A DNA stretch of 64,000 bases, from assembly GCA_964057225.1 (NCBI GenBank), contig OZ059897.1, forward strand, positions 3,038,001 to 3,102,000, written 5' to 3'. The stretch is from Auanema rhodensis (taxonomy: Eukaryota; Animalia; Nematoda). The notes under the pieces are model-generated. The model had not been told where the DNA came from. It was given only the letters and a program-made list of their open reading frames with translations, and did no database searches. A program made the position numbers and the translations under genes. Of the stretch, positions 41,401 to 54,919 are shown piece after piece (position 1 is the first letter of the stretch; every line of letters starts with the position of its first letter).

Positions 41401-44400
41401 TCAAAATGTTTTTGGAAGCAATGTTGAGTGTACATGGGAACTCAACATACACTAATGCATTATTTTTCAAACGATCATAACTAATTTTTGTATAGAGCGT
41501 TTCTCAATGTAGTATAGTGCATTCGATGCGGATTTTTAAGCTGCGTCGATCTGTGTTATCAGATTTGCGCTAGCTTGAAAATGCACCGAGATATCAACTG
41601 ATATAGGTTCACACTTATATCCTCGATTTTCACCCTGAAGAATTAATTTTTTCGTTGAATAACATTGTCCATCGTCTTTGCCTTGAAAAAAGGAATCTAA
41701 AAACATCTACTTTTTGTGAAATTATTTAGAAATTTTTCGGGAAAATTTTTGTCACAATGTTTTTGGAAGCAATGTTGAGTGTACATGGGAACTCAGCATA
41801 CACTAATGCATTATTTTTCAAACGATCATAACTAATTTTTGTATAGAGCGTTTCTCAATGTAGTATAGTGCATTCGATGCGGATTTTTAAGCTGCGTCGA
41901 TCTGTGTTATCAGATTTGCGCTAGCTTAAAAATGCACCGAGATATCAACTGATATATGTTCACACTTATATCCTCGATTTTCACCCTGAAGAAATGATTT
42001 TTTCGTTGAAAAACATTGTCCATCGTATTCGTCTTGAAAAAAGGAATCTAAAAACATCTACTTTTTGTGAAATTATTTAGAAATTTTTCGGGAAAATTTT
42101 TGTCAAAATGTTTTTGGAAGCAATGTTGAGTGTACATGGGAACTCAACATACACTAATGCATTATTTTTCAAACGATCATAACTAATTTTTGTATAGAGC
42201 GTTTCTCAATGTAGTATAGTGCATTCGATGCGGATTTGTAAGCTGCGTCGATCTGTGTTATCAGATTTGAGTTAGCTTAAAAATGCACCGAGATATCAAC
42301 TGATATATGTTCACACTTATATCCTCGATTTTCACCCTGAAGAAATGATTTTTTCGTTGAAAAACATTGTCCATCGTATTCGTCTTGAAAAAAGGAATCT
42401 AAAAACATCTACTTTTTGTGAAATTATTTAGAAATTTTTCGGGAAAATTTTTGTCAAAATGTTTTTGGAAGCAATGTTGAGTGTACATGGGAACTCAACA
42501 TACACTAATGCATTATTTTTCAAACGATCATAACTAATTTTTGTATAGAGCGTTTCTCAATGTAGTATAGTGCATTCGATGCGGATTTTTAAGCTGCGTC
42601 GATCTGTGTTATCAGATTTGCGCTAGCTTGAAAATGCACCGAGATATCAACTGATATAGGTTCACACTTATATCCTCGATTTTCACCCTGAAGAATTAAT
42701 TTTTTCGTTGAATAACATTGTCCATCGTCTTTGCCTTGAAAAAAGGAATCTAAAAACATCTACTTTTTGTGAAATTATTTAGAAATTTTTCGGGAAAATT
42801 TTTGTCACAATGTTTTTGGAAGCAATGTTGAGTGTACATGGGAACTCAGCATACACTAATGCATTATTTTTCAAACGATCATAACTAATTTTTGTATAGA
42901 GCGTTTCTCAATGTAGTATAGTGCATTCGATGCGGATTTTTAAGCTGCGTCGATCTGTGTTATCAGATTTGAGTTAGCTTAAAAATGCACCGAGATATCA
43001 ACTGATATATGTTCACACTTATATCCTCGATTTTCACCCTGAAGAAATAATTTTTTCGTTGAAAAACATTGTCCATCGTATTCGTCTTGAAAAAAAGAAT
43101 CTAAAAACATCTACTTTTTGTGAAATTATTCAGAAATTTTTCGGGAAAATTTTTGTCAAAATGTTTTTGGAAGCAATGTTGAGTGTACATGGGAACTCAA
43201 CATACACTAATGCATTATTTTTCAAACGATCATAACTAATTTTTGTATGGAGCGTTTCTCAATGTAGTATAGTGCATTCGATGCGGATTTTTAAGCTGCG
43301 TTGATCTGTGTTATCAGATTTGCGCTAGCTTAAAAATGCACCGAGTAATCAACTGATATAGGTTCACACTTATATCCTCGATTTTCACCCTGAAGAATTA
43401 ATTTTTTCGTTGAATAACATTGTCCATTGTTTTTGCCTTGAAAAAAGAAATCTAAAAACTCCTACTTTTTGTGAAATTATTTAGAAATTTTTCGGGAAAA
43501 TTTTTGTCACAATGTTTTTGGAAGCAATGTTGAGTGTACATGGGAACTCAGCATACACTAATGCCTTATTTTTCAAACGATCATAACTAATTTTTGTATA
43601 GAGCGTTTCTCAATGTAGTATAGTGCATTCGATGCGGATTTTTAAGCTGCGTCGATCTGTGTTATCAGATTTGAGTTAGCTTAAAAATGCACCGAGATAT
43701 CAACTGATATATGTTCACACTTATATCCTCGATTTTCACCCTGAAGAAATGATTTTTTCGTTGAAAAACATTGTCCATCGTATTCGTCTTGAAAAAAGGA
43801 ATCTAAAAACATCTACTTTTTGTGAAATTATTTAGAAATTTTTCGGGAAAATTTTTGTCAAAATGTTTTTGGAAGCAATGTTGAGTGTACATGGGAACTC
43901 AACATACACTAATGCATTATTTTTCAAACGATCATAACTAATTTTTGTATAGAGCGTTTCTCAATGTAGTATAGTGCATTCGATGCGGATTTTTAAGCTG
44001 CGTCGATCTGTGTTATCAGATTTGCGCTAGCTTGAAAATGCACCGAGATATCAACTGATATAGGTTCACACTTATATCCTCGATTTTCACCCTGAAGAAT
44101 TAATTTTTTCGTTGAATAACATTGTCCATCGTCTTTGCCTTGAAAAAAGGAATCTAAAAACATCTACTTTTTGTGAAATTATTTAGAAATTTTTCGGGAA
44201 AATTTTTGTCACAATGTTTTTGGAAGCAATGTTGAGTGTACATGGGAACTCAGCATACACTAATGCATTATTTTTCAAACGATCATAACTAATTTTTGTA
44301 TAGAGCGTTTCTCAATGTAGTATAGTGCATTCGATGCGGATTTTTAAGCTGCGTCGATCTGTGTTATCAGATTTGAGTTAGCTTAAAAATGCACCGAGAT

Positions 44401-45484
44401 ATCAACTGATATATGTTCACACTTATATCCTCGATTTTCACCCTGAAGAAATGATTTTTTCGTTGAAAAACATTGTCCATCGTATTTGTCTTGAAAAAAG
44501 GAATCTAAAAACATCTACTTTTCGTGAAATTATTTAGAAATTTTTCGGGAAAATTTTTGTCAAAATGTTTTTGGAAGCAATGTTGAGTGTACATGGGAAC
44601 TCAACATACACTAATGCATTATTTTTCAAACGATCATAACTAATTTTTTTATAGAGCGTTTCTCAATGTAGTATAGTGCATTCGATGCGGATTTTTAAGC
44701 TGCGTCGATCTGTGTTATCAGATTTGAGTTAGCTTAAAAATGCACCGAGATATCAACTGATATATGTTCACACTTATATCCTCGATTTTCACCCTGAAGA
44801 AATGATTTTTTCGTTGAAAAACATTGTCCATCGTATTCGTCTTGAAAAAAGGAATCTAAAAACATCTACTTTTTGTGAAATTATTTAGAAATTTTTCGGG
44901 AAAATTTTTGTCAAAATGTTTTTGGAAGCAATGTTGAGTGTACATGGGAACTCAACATACACTAATGCATCATTTTTCAAACGATCATAACTTATTTTTG
45001 TATAGAGCGTTTCTCAATGTAGTTTAGTGCATTCGATGCGGATTTTTAAGCTGCGTCGATCTGTGTTATCAGATTTGCGCTAGCTTAAAAATGCACCGAG
45101 ATATCAACTGATATATGTTCACACTTATATTCTCGATTTTCACCCTGAAGAATTAATTTTTTCGTTGAATAACATTGTCCATCGTCTTCGTCTTGAAAAA
45201 AGGAATCTAAAAACATCTACATTTTGTGAAATTATTTAGAAATTTTTCGGGAAAATTTTTGTCAAAATGTTTTTGAAAGCAATGTTGAGTGTACATGGAA
45301 ACTCAACATACACTAATGCATCATTTTTCAAACGATCATAGCTTATTTTTGTATTGAGCGTTTCTCAATGTAGTATAGTGCATTCGATGCGGATTTTTAA
45401 GCTGCGTTGATCTGTGTTATCAGATTTGCGCTAGCTTAAAAATGCACCGAGTAATCAACTGATATAGGTTCACACTTATATCCT
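38464..45484. repeat. Dispersed block duplication of ~23166-28783, with local monomer gains and replacements
   Basis: Both blocks show the same order of private markers: GAGGCGG, GGGAAAAATTTTG, CGTTAAAAAAC, AAGGATTTAA, +1A unit, GAAATAATT, AATGCCTT, TATTTGTC/TTTCGTG, GTAGTTTAG, CTACATTT. Confidence 0.85.
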
Positions 45485-48400
45485 CGATTTTCACCCTGAA
45501 GAATTAATTTTTTCGTTGAATAACATTGTCCATCGTCTTTGCCTTGAAAAAAGGAATCTAAAAACATCTACTTTTTGTGAAATTATTTAGAAATTTTTCG
45601 GGAAAATTTTTGTCACAATGTTTTTGGAAGCAATGTTGAGTGTACATGGGAACTCAGCATACACTAATGCATTATTTTTCAAACGATCATAACTAATTTT
45701 TGTATAGAGCGTTTCTCAATGTAGTATAGTGCATTCGATGCGGATTTTTAAGCTGCGTCGATCTGTGTTATCAGATTTGAGTTAGCTTAAAAATGCACCG
45801 AGATATCAACTGATATATGTTCACACTTATATCCTCGATTTTCACCCTGAAGAAATAATTTTTTCGTTGAAAAACATTGTCCATCGTATTCGTCTTGAAA
45901 AAAAGAATCTAAAAACATCTACTTTTTGTGAAATTATTCAGAAATTTTTCGGGAAAATTTTTGTCAAAATGTTTTTGGAAGCAATGTTGAGTGTACATGG
46001 GAACTCAACATACACTAATGCATTATTTTTCAAACGATCATAACTAATTTTTGTATGGAGCGTTTCTCAATGTAGTATAGTGCATTCGATGCGGATTTTT
46101 AAGCTGCGTTGATCTGTGTTATCAGATTTGCGCTAGCTTAAAAATGCACCGAGTAATCAACTGATATAGGTTCACACTTATATCCTCGATTTTCACCCTG
46201 AAGAATTAATTTTTTCGTTGAATAACATTGTCCATTGTTTTTGCCTTGAAAAAAGAAATCTAAAAACTCCTACTTTTTGTGAAATTATTTAGAAATTTTT
46301 CGGGAAAATTTTTGTCACAATGTTTTTGGAAGCAATGTTGAGTGTACATGGGAACTCAGCATACACTAATGCCTTATTTTTCAAACGATCATAACTAATT
46401 TTTGTATAGAGCGTTTCTCAATGTAGTATAGTGCATTCGATGCGGATTTTTAAGCTGCGTCGATCTGTGTTATCAGATTTGAGTTAGCTTAAAAATGCAC
46501 CGAGATATCAACTGATATATGTTCACACTTATATCCTCGATTTTCACCCTGAAGAAATGATTTTTTCGTTGAAAAACATTGTCCATCGTATTCGTCTTGA
46601 AAAAAGGAATCTAAAAACATCTACTTTTTGTGAAATTATTTAGAAATTTTTCGGGAAAATTTTTGTCAAAATGTTTTTGGAAGCAATGTTGAGTGTACAT
46701 GGGAACTCAGCATACACTAATGCATTATTTTTCAAACGATCATAACTAATTTTTGTATAGAGCGTTTCTCAATGTAGTATAGTGCATTCGATGCGGATTT
46801 TTAAGCTGCGTCGATCTGTGTTATCAGATTTGAGTTAGCTTAAAAATGCACCGAGATATCAACTGATATATGTTCACACTTATATCCTCGATTTTCACCC
46901 TGAAGAAATGATTTTTTCGTTGAAAAACATTGTCCATCGTATTTGTCTTGAAAAAAGGAATCTAAAAACATCTACTTTTCGTGAAATTATTTAGAAATTT
47001 TTCGGGAAAATTTTTGTCAAAATGTTTTTGGAAGCAATGTTGAGTGTACATGGGAACTCAACATACACTAATGCATTATTTTTCAAACGATCATAACTAA
47101 TTTTTTTATAGAGCGTTTCTCAATGTAGTATAGTGCATTCGATGCGGATTTTTAAGCTGCGTCGATCTGTGTTATCAGATTTGAGTTAGCTTAAAAATGC
47201 ACCGAGATATCAACTGATATATGTTCACACTTATATCCTCGATTTTCACCCTGAAGAAATGATTTTTTCGTTGAAAAACATTGTCCATCGTATTCGTCTT
47301 GAAAAAAGGAATCTAAAAACATCTACTTTTTGTGAAATTATTTAGAAATTTTTCGGGAAAATTTTTGTCAAAATGTTTTTGGAAGCAATGTTGAGTGTAC
47401 ATGGGAACTCAACATACACTAATGCATCATTTTTCAAACGATCATAACTTATTTTTGTATAGAGCGTTTCTCAATGTAGTTTAGTGCATTCGATGCGGAT
47501 TTTTAAGCTGCGTCGATCTGTGTTATCAGATTTGCGCTAGCTTAAAAATGCACCGAGATATCAACTGATATATGTTCACACTTATATTCTCGATTTTCAC
47601 CCTGAAGAATTAATTTTTTCGTTGAATAACATTGTCCATCGTCTTCGTCTTGAAAAAAGGAATCTAAAAACATCTACATTTTGTGAAATTATTTAGAAAT
47701 TTTTCGGGAAAATTTTTGTCAAAATGTTTTTGAAAGCAATGTTGAGTGTACATGGAAACTCAACATACACTAATGCATCATTTTTCAAACGATCATAGCT
47801 TATTTTTGTATTGAGCGTTTCTCAATGTAGTATAGTGCATTCGATGCGGATTTTTAAGCTGCGTCGATCTGTGTTATCAGATTTGCGCTAGCTTAAAAAT
47901 GCACCGAGATATCAACTGATATAAGTTCACACTTATATCCTCGATTTTCACCCTGAAGAATTAATTTTTTCGTTGAATAACATTGTCCATCGTTTTCGCC
48001 TTGAAAAAAGGAATCTAAAAACATCTACTTTTTGTGAAATTATTTAGAAATTTTTCGGGAAAATTTTTGTCAAAATGTTTTTGGAAGCAATGTTGAGTGT
48101 ACATGGGAACTCAACATACACTAATGCATTATTTTTCAAACGATCATAACTTATTTTTGTATAGAGCGTTTCTCAATGTAGTATAGTGCATTCGATGCGG
48201 ATTTTTAAGCTGCGTCGATCTGTGTTATCAGATTTGAGTTAGCTTAAAAATGCACCGAGATATCAACTGATATATGTTCACACTTATATCCTCGATTTTC
48301 ACCCTGAAGAATTAATTTTTTCGTTGAATAACATTGTCCATCGTTTTCGCCTTGAAAAAAGGAATCTAAAAACATCTACTTTTTGTGAAATTATTTAGAA

Positions 48401-51400
48401 ATTTTTCGGGAAAATTTTTGTCAAAATGTTTTTGGAAGCAATGTTGAGTGTACATGGGAACTCAACATACACTAATGCATTATTTTTCAAACGATCATAA
48501 CTTATTTTTGTATAGAGCGTTTCTCAATGTAGTATAGTGCATTCGATGCGGATTTTTAAGCTGCGTCGATCTGTGTTATCAGATTTGAGTTAGCTTAAAA
48601 ATGCACCGAGATATCAACTGATATATGTTCACACTTATATCCTCGATTTTCACCCTGAAGAACTTGTCCATCGTCTTTGTCTTGAAAAAAGGAATCTAAA
48701 AACATCTACGTTTTGTGAAATTATTTAGAAATTTTTCGGGAAAATTTTTGTCAAAATGTTTTTGGAAGCAATGTTGAGTGTACATGGGAACTCAACATAC
48801 ACTAATGCATTATTTTTCAAACGATCATAACTAATTTCTGTAAATAGCGTTTCTCAATGTAGTATAGTGCATTCGATGCGAATTTTTAAGCTGCGTCGAT
48901 CTGTGTTATCAGATTTGAGTTAGCTTAAAAATGCACCGAGATATCAACTGATATATGTTCACACTTATATCCTCGACTTTCACCCTGAAGAAATAGTTTT
49001 TTCGTTGAAAAACATTGTCCATCGTCTTTGCCTTGAAAAAAGGAATCTAAAAACATCTACTTTTTGTGAAATTATTTAGAAATTTTTCGGGAAAATTTTT
49101 GTCACAATGTTTTTGAAAGCAATGTTGAGTGTACATGGAAACTCAACATACACTAATGCATCATTTTTCAAACGATCATAGCTAATTTTTGTATTGAGCG
49201 TTTCTCAATGTAGTATAGTGCATTCGATGCGGATTTTTAAGCTGCGTCAATCTGTGTTATCAGATTTGCGCTAGCTTGAAAATGCACCGAGATATCAACT
49301 GATATAGGTTCACACTTATATCCTCGATTTTCACCCTGAAGAATTAATTTTTTCGTTGAATAACATTGTCCATCGTTTTCGCCTTGAAAAAAGGAATCTA
49401 AAAACATCTACTTTTTGTGAAATTATTTAGAAATTTTTCGGGAAAATTTTTGTCAAAATGTTTTTGGAAGCAATGTTGAGTGTACATGGGAACTCAACAT
49501 ACACTAATGCATTATTTTTCAAACGATCATAACTTATTTCTGTAAATAGCGTTTCTCAATGTAGTTTAGTGCATTCGATGCGGATTTTTAAGCTGCGTCG
49601 ATCTGTGTTATCAGATTTGAGTTAGCTTAAAAATGCACCGAGATATCAACTGATATATGTTCACACTTATATCCTCGATTTTCACCCTGAAGAACTTGTC
49701 CATCGTCTTTGTCTTGAAAAAAGGAATCTAAAAACATCTACGTTTTGTGAAATTATTTAGAAATTTTTCGGGAAAATTTTTGTCAAAATGTTTTTGGAAG
49801 CAATGTTGAGTGTACATGGGAACTCAACATACACTAATGCATTATTTTTCAAACGATCATAACTAATTTCTGTAAATAGCGTTTCTCAATGTAGTATAGT
49901 GCATTCGATGCGAATTTTTAAGCTGCGTCGATCTGTGTTATCAGATTTGAGTTAGCTTAAAAATGCACCGAGATATCAACTGATATATGTTCACACTTAT
50001 ATCCTCGATTTTCACCCTGAAGAAATAGTTTTTTCGTTGAAAAACATTGTCCATCGTCTTTGACTTGAAAAAAGGAATCTAAAAACATCTACTTTTTGTG
50101 AAATTATTTAGAAATTTTTCGGGAAAAGTTTTGTCAAAATGTTTTTGGAAGCAATGTTGAGTGTACATGGGAACTCAACATACACTAATGCATTATTTTT
50201 CAAACGATCATAACTTATTTTTGTATAGAGCGTTTCTCAATGTAGTATAGTGCATTCGATGCGGATTTTTAAGCTGCGTCGATCTGTGTTATCAGATTTG
50301 AGTTAGCTTAAAAATGCACCGAGATATCAACTGATATATGTTCACACTTATATCCTCGACTTTCACCCTGAAGAAATAGTTTTTTCGTTGAAAAACATTG
50401 TCCATCGTCTTTGCCTTGAAAAAAGGAATCTAAAAACATCTACTTTTTGTGAAATTATTTAGAAATTTTTCGGGAAAATTTTTGTCACAATGTTTTTGAA
50501 AGCAATGTTGAGTGTACATGGAAACTCAACATACACTAATGCATCATTTTTCAAACGATCATAGCTAATTTTTGTATTGAGCGTTTCTCAATGTAGTATA
50601 GTGCATTCGATGCGGATTTTTAAGCTGCGTCAATCTGTGTTATCAGATTTGCGCTAGCTTGAAAATGCACCGAGATATCAACTGATATAGGTTCACACTT
50701 ATATCCTCGATTTTCACCCTGAAGAATTAATTTTTTCGTTGAATAACATTGTCCATCGTTTTCGCCTTGAAAAAAGGAATCTAAAAACATCTACTTTTTG
50801 TGAAATTATTTAGAAATTTTTCGGGAAAATTTTTGTCAAAATGTTTTTGGAAGCAATGTTGAGTGTACATGGGAACTCAACATACACTAATGCATTATTT
50901 TTCAAACGATCATAACTTATTTCTGTAAATAGCGTTTCTCAATGTAGTATAGTGCATTCGATGCGGATTTGTAAGCTGCGTCGATCTGTGTTATCAGATT
51001 TGAGTTAGCTTAAAAATGCACCGAGATATCAACTGATATATGTTCACACTTATATCCTCGATTTTCACCCTGAAGAAATGATTTTTTCGTTGAAAAACAT
51101 TGTCCATCGTATTCGTCTTGAAAAAAGGAATCTAAAAACATCTACTTTTTGTGAAATTATTTAGAAATTTTTCGGGAAAATTTTTGTCAAAATGTTTTTG
51201 GAAGCAATGTTGAGTGTACATGGGAACTCAACATACACTAATGCATTATTTTTCAAACGATCATAACTAATTTTTGTATAGAGCGTTTCTCAATGTAGTA
51301 TAGTGCATTCGATGCGGATTTTTAAGCTGCGTCGATCTGTGTTATCAGATTTGCGCTAGCTTGAAAATGCACCGAGATATCAACTGATATAGGTTCACAC

Positions 51401-54400
51401 TTATATCCTCGATTTTCACCCTGAAGAATTAATTTTTTCGTTGAATAACATTGTCCATCGTCTTTGCCTTGAAAAAAAGGATTTAAAAACATCTACTTTT
51501 TGTGAAATTATTTAGAAATTTTTCGGGAAAATTTTTGTCACAATGTTTTTGGAAGCAATGTTGAGTGTACATGGGAACTCAGCATACACTAATGCATTAT
51601 TTTTCAAACGATCATAACTAATTTTTGTATAGAGCGTTTCTCAATGTAGTATAGTGCATTCGATGCGGATTTGTAAGCTGCGTCGATCTGTGTTATCAGA
51701 TTTGAGTTAGCTTAAAAATGCACCGAGATATCAACTGATATATGTTCACACTTATATCCTCGATTTTCACCCTGAAGAAATGATTTTTTCGTTGAAAAAC
51801 ATTGTCCATCGTCTTTGCCTTGAAGAAAGAAATCTAAAAACATCTACTTTTTGTGAAATTATTTAGAAATTTTTCGGGAAAATTTTTGTCACAATGTTTT
51901 TGGAAGCAATGTTGAGTGTACATGGGAACTCAGCATACACTAATGCATTATTTTTCAAACGATCATAACTAATTTTTGTATAGAGCGTTTCTCAATGTAG
52001 TATAGTGCATTCGATGCGGATTTTTAAGCTGCGTCGATCTGTGTTATCAGATTTGCGCTAGCTTGAAAATGCACCGAGATATCAACTGATATAGGTTCAC
52101 ACTTATATCCTCGATTTTCACCCTGAAGAATTAATTTTTTCGTTGAATAACATTGTCCATCGTCTTTGCCTTGAAAAAAGGAATCTAAAAACATCTACTT
52201 TTTGTGAAATTATTTAGAAATTTTTCGGGAAAATTTTTGTCACAATGTTTTTGGAAGCAATGTTGAGTGTACATGGGAACTCAGCATACACTAATGCATT
52301 ATTTTTCAAACGATCATAACTAATTTTTGTATAGAGCGTTTCTCAATGTAGTATAGTGCATTCGATGCGGATTTTTAAGCTGCGTCGATCTGTGTTATCA
52401 GATTTGCGCTAGCTTAAAAATGCACCGAGATATCAACTGATATATGTTCACACTTATATCCTCGATTTTCACCCTGAAGAAATGATTTTTTCGTTGAAAA
52501 ACATTGTCCATCGTATTCGTCTTGAAAAAAGGAATCTAAAAACATCTACTTTTTGTGAAATTATTTAGAAATTTTTCGGGAAAATTTTTGTCAAAATGTT
52601 TTTGGAAGCAATGTTGAGTGTACATGGGAACTCAACATACACTAATGCATTATTTTTCAAACGATCATAACTAATTTTTGTATAGAGCGTTTCTCAATGT
52701 AGTATAGTGCATTCGATGCGGATTTGTAAGCTGCGTCGATCTGTGTTATCAGATTTGAGTTAGCTTAAAAATGCACCGAGATATCAACTGATATATGTTC
52801 ACACTTATATCCTCGATTTTCACCCTGAAGAAATGATTTTTTCGTTGAAAAACATTGTCCATCGTATTCGTCTTGAAAAAAGGAATCTAAAAACATCTAC
52901 TTTTTGTGAAATTATTTAGAAATTTTTCGGGAAAATTTTTGTCAAAATGTTTTTGGAAGCAATGTTGAGTGTACATGGGAACTCAACATACACTAATGCA
53001 TTATTTTTCAAACGATCATAACTAATTTTTGTATAGAGCGTTTCTCAATGTAGTATAGTGCATTCGATGCGGATTTTTAAGCTGCGTCGATCTGTGTTAT
53101 CAGATTTGCGCTAGCTTGAAAATGCACCGAGATATCAACTGATATAGGTTCACACTTATATCCTCGATTTTCACCCTGAAGAATTAATTTTTTCGTTGAA
53201 TAACATTGTCCATCGTCTTTGCCTTGAAAAAAGGAATCTAAAAACATCTACTTTTTGTGAAATTATTTAGAAATTTTTCGGGAAAATTTTTGTCACAATG
53301 TTTTTGGAAGCAATGTTGAGTGTACATGGGAACTCAGCATACACTAATGCATTATTTTTCAAACGATCATAACTAATTTTTGTATAGAGCGTTTCTCAAT
53401 GTAGTATAGTGCATTCGATGCGGATTTTTAAGCTGCGTCGATCTGTGTTATCAGATTTGAGTTAGCTTAAAAATGCACCGAGATATCAACTGATATATGT
53501 TCACACTTATATCCTCGATTTTCACCCTGAAGAAATAATTTTTTCGTTGAAAAACATTGTCCATCGTCTTTGCCTTGAAAAAAGGAATCTAAAAACATCT
53601 ACTTTTTGTGAAATTATTTAGAAATTTTTCGGGAAAATTTTTGTCACAATGTTTTTGAAAGCAATGTTGAGTGTACATGGAAACTCAACATACACTAATG
53701 CATCATTTTTCAAACGATCATAGCTAATTTTTGTATTGAGCGTTTCTCAATGTAGTATAGTGCATTCGATGCGGATTTTTAAGCTGCGTCGATCTGTGTT
53801 ATCAGATTTGCGCTAGCTTGAAAATGCACCGAGATATCAACTGATATAGGTTCACACTTATATCCTCGATTTTCACCCTGAAGAATTAATTTTTTCGTTG
53901 AATAACATTGTCCATCGTTTTCGCCTTGAAAAAAGGAATCTAAAAACATCTACTTTTTGTGAAATTATTTAGAAATTTTTCGGGAAAATTTTTGTCAAAA
54001 TGTTTTTGGAAGCAATGTTGAGTGTACATGGGAACTCAACATACACTAATGCATTATTTTTCAAACGATCATAACTTATTTCTGTAAATAGCGTTTCTCA
54101 ATGTAGTATAGTGCATTCGATGCGGATTTTTAAGCTGCGTCGATCTGTGTTATCAGATTTGCGCTAGCTTGAAAATGCACCGAGATATCAACTGATATAG
54201 GTTCACACTTATATCCTCGATTTTCACCCTGAAGAAATAATTTTTTCGTTGAAAAACATTGTCCATCGTCTTTGCCTTGAAAAAAGGAATCTAAAAACAT
54301 CTACTTTTTGTGAAATTATTTAGAAATTTTTCGGGAAAATTTTTGTCACAATGTTTTTGAAAGCAATGTTGAGTGTACATGGAAACTCAACATACACTAA

Positions 54401-54919
54401 TGCATCATTTTTCAAACGATCATAGCTAATTTTTGTATTGAGCGTTTCTCAATGTAGTATAGTGCATTCGATGCGGATTTGTAAGCTGCGTCGATCTGTG
54501 TTATCAGATTTGAGTTAGCTTAAAAATGCACCGAGATATCAACTGATATATGTTCACACTTATATCCTCGATTTTCACCCTGAAGAAATGATTTTTTCGT
54601 TGAAAAACATTGTCCATCGTATTCGTCTTGAAAAAAGGAATCTAAAAACATCTACTTTTTGTGAAATTATTTAGAAATTTTTCGGGAAAATTTTTGTCAA
54701 AATGTTTTTGGAAGCAATGTTGAGTGTACATGGGAACTCAACATACACTAATGCATTATTTTTCAAACGATCATAACTAATTTTTGTATAGAGCGTTTCT
54801 CAATGTAGTATAGTGCATTCGATGCGGATTTTTAAGCTGCGTCGATCTGTGTTATCAGATTTGCGCTAGCTTGAAAATGCACCGAGATATCAACTGATAT
54901 AGGTTCACACTTATATCCT

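Noticed and set aside
23868-41623. Exactly 16,000-bp offset between matching units (e.g. 24921 and 40921), suggesting an artefact
   Set aside because: It is fully explained by 46 x 351 - 7 x 21 + 2 - 1 = 16000, and neighbouring matches have other offsets. Coincidence.
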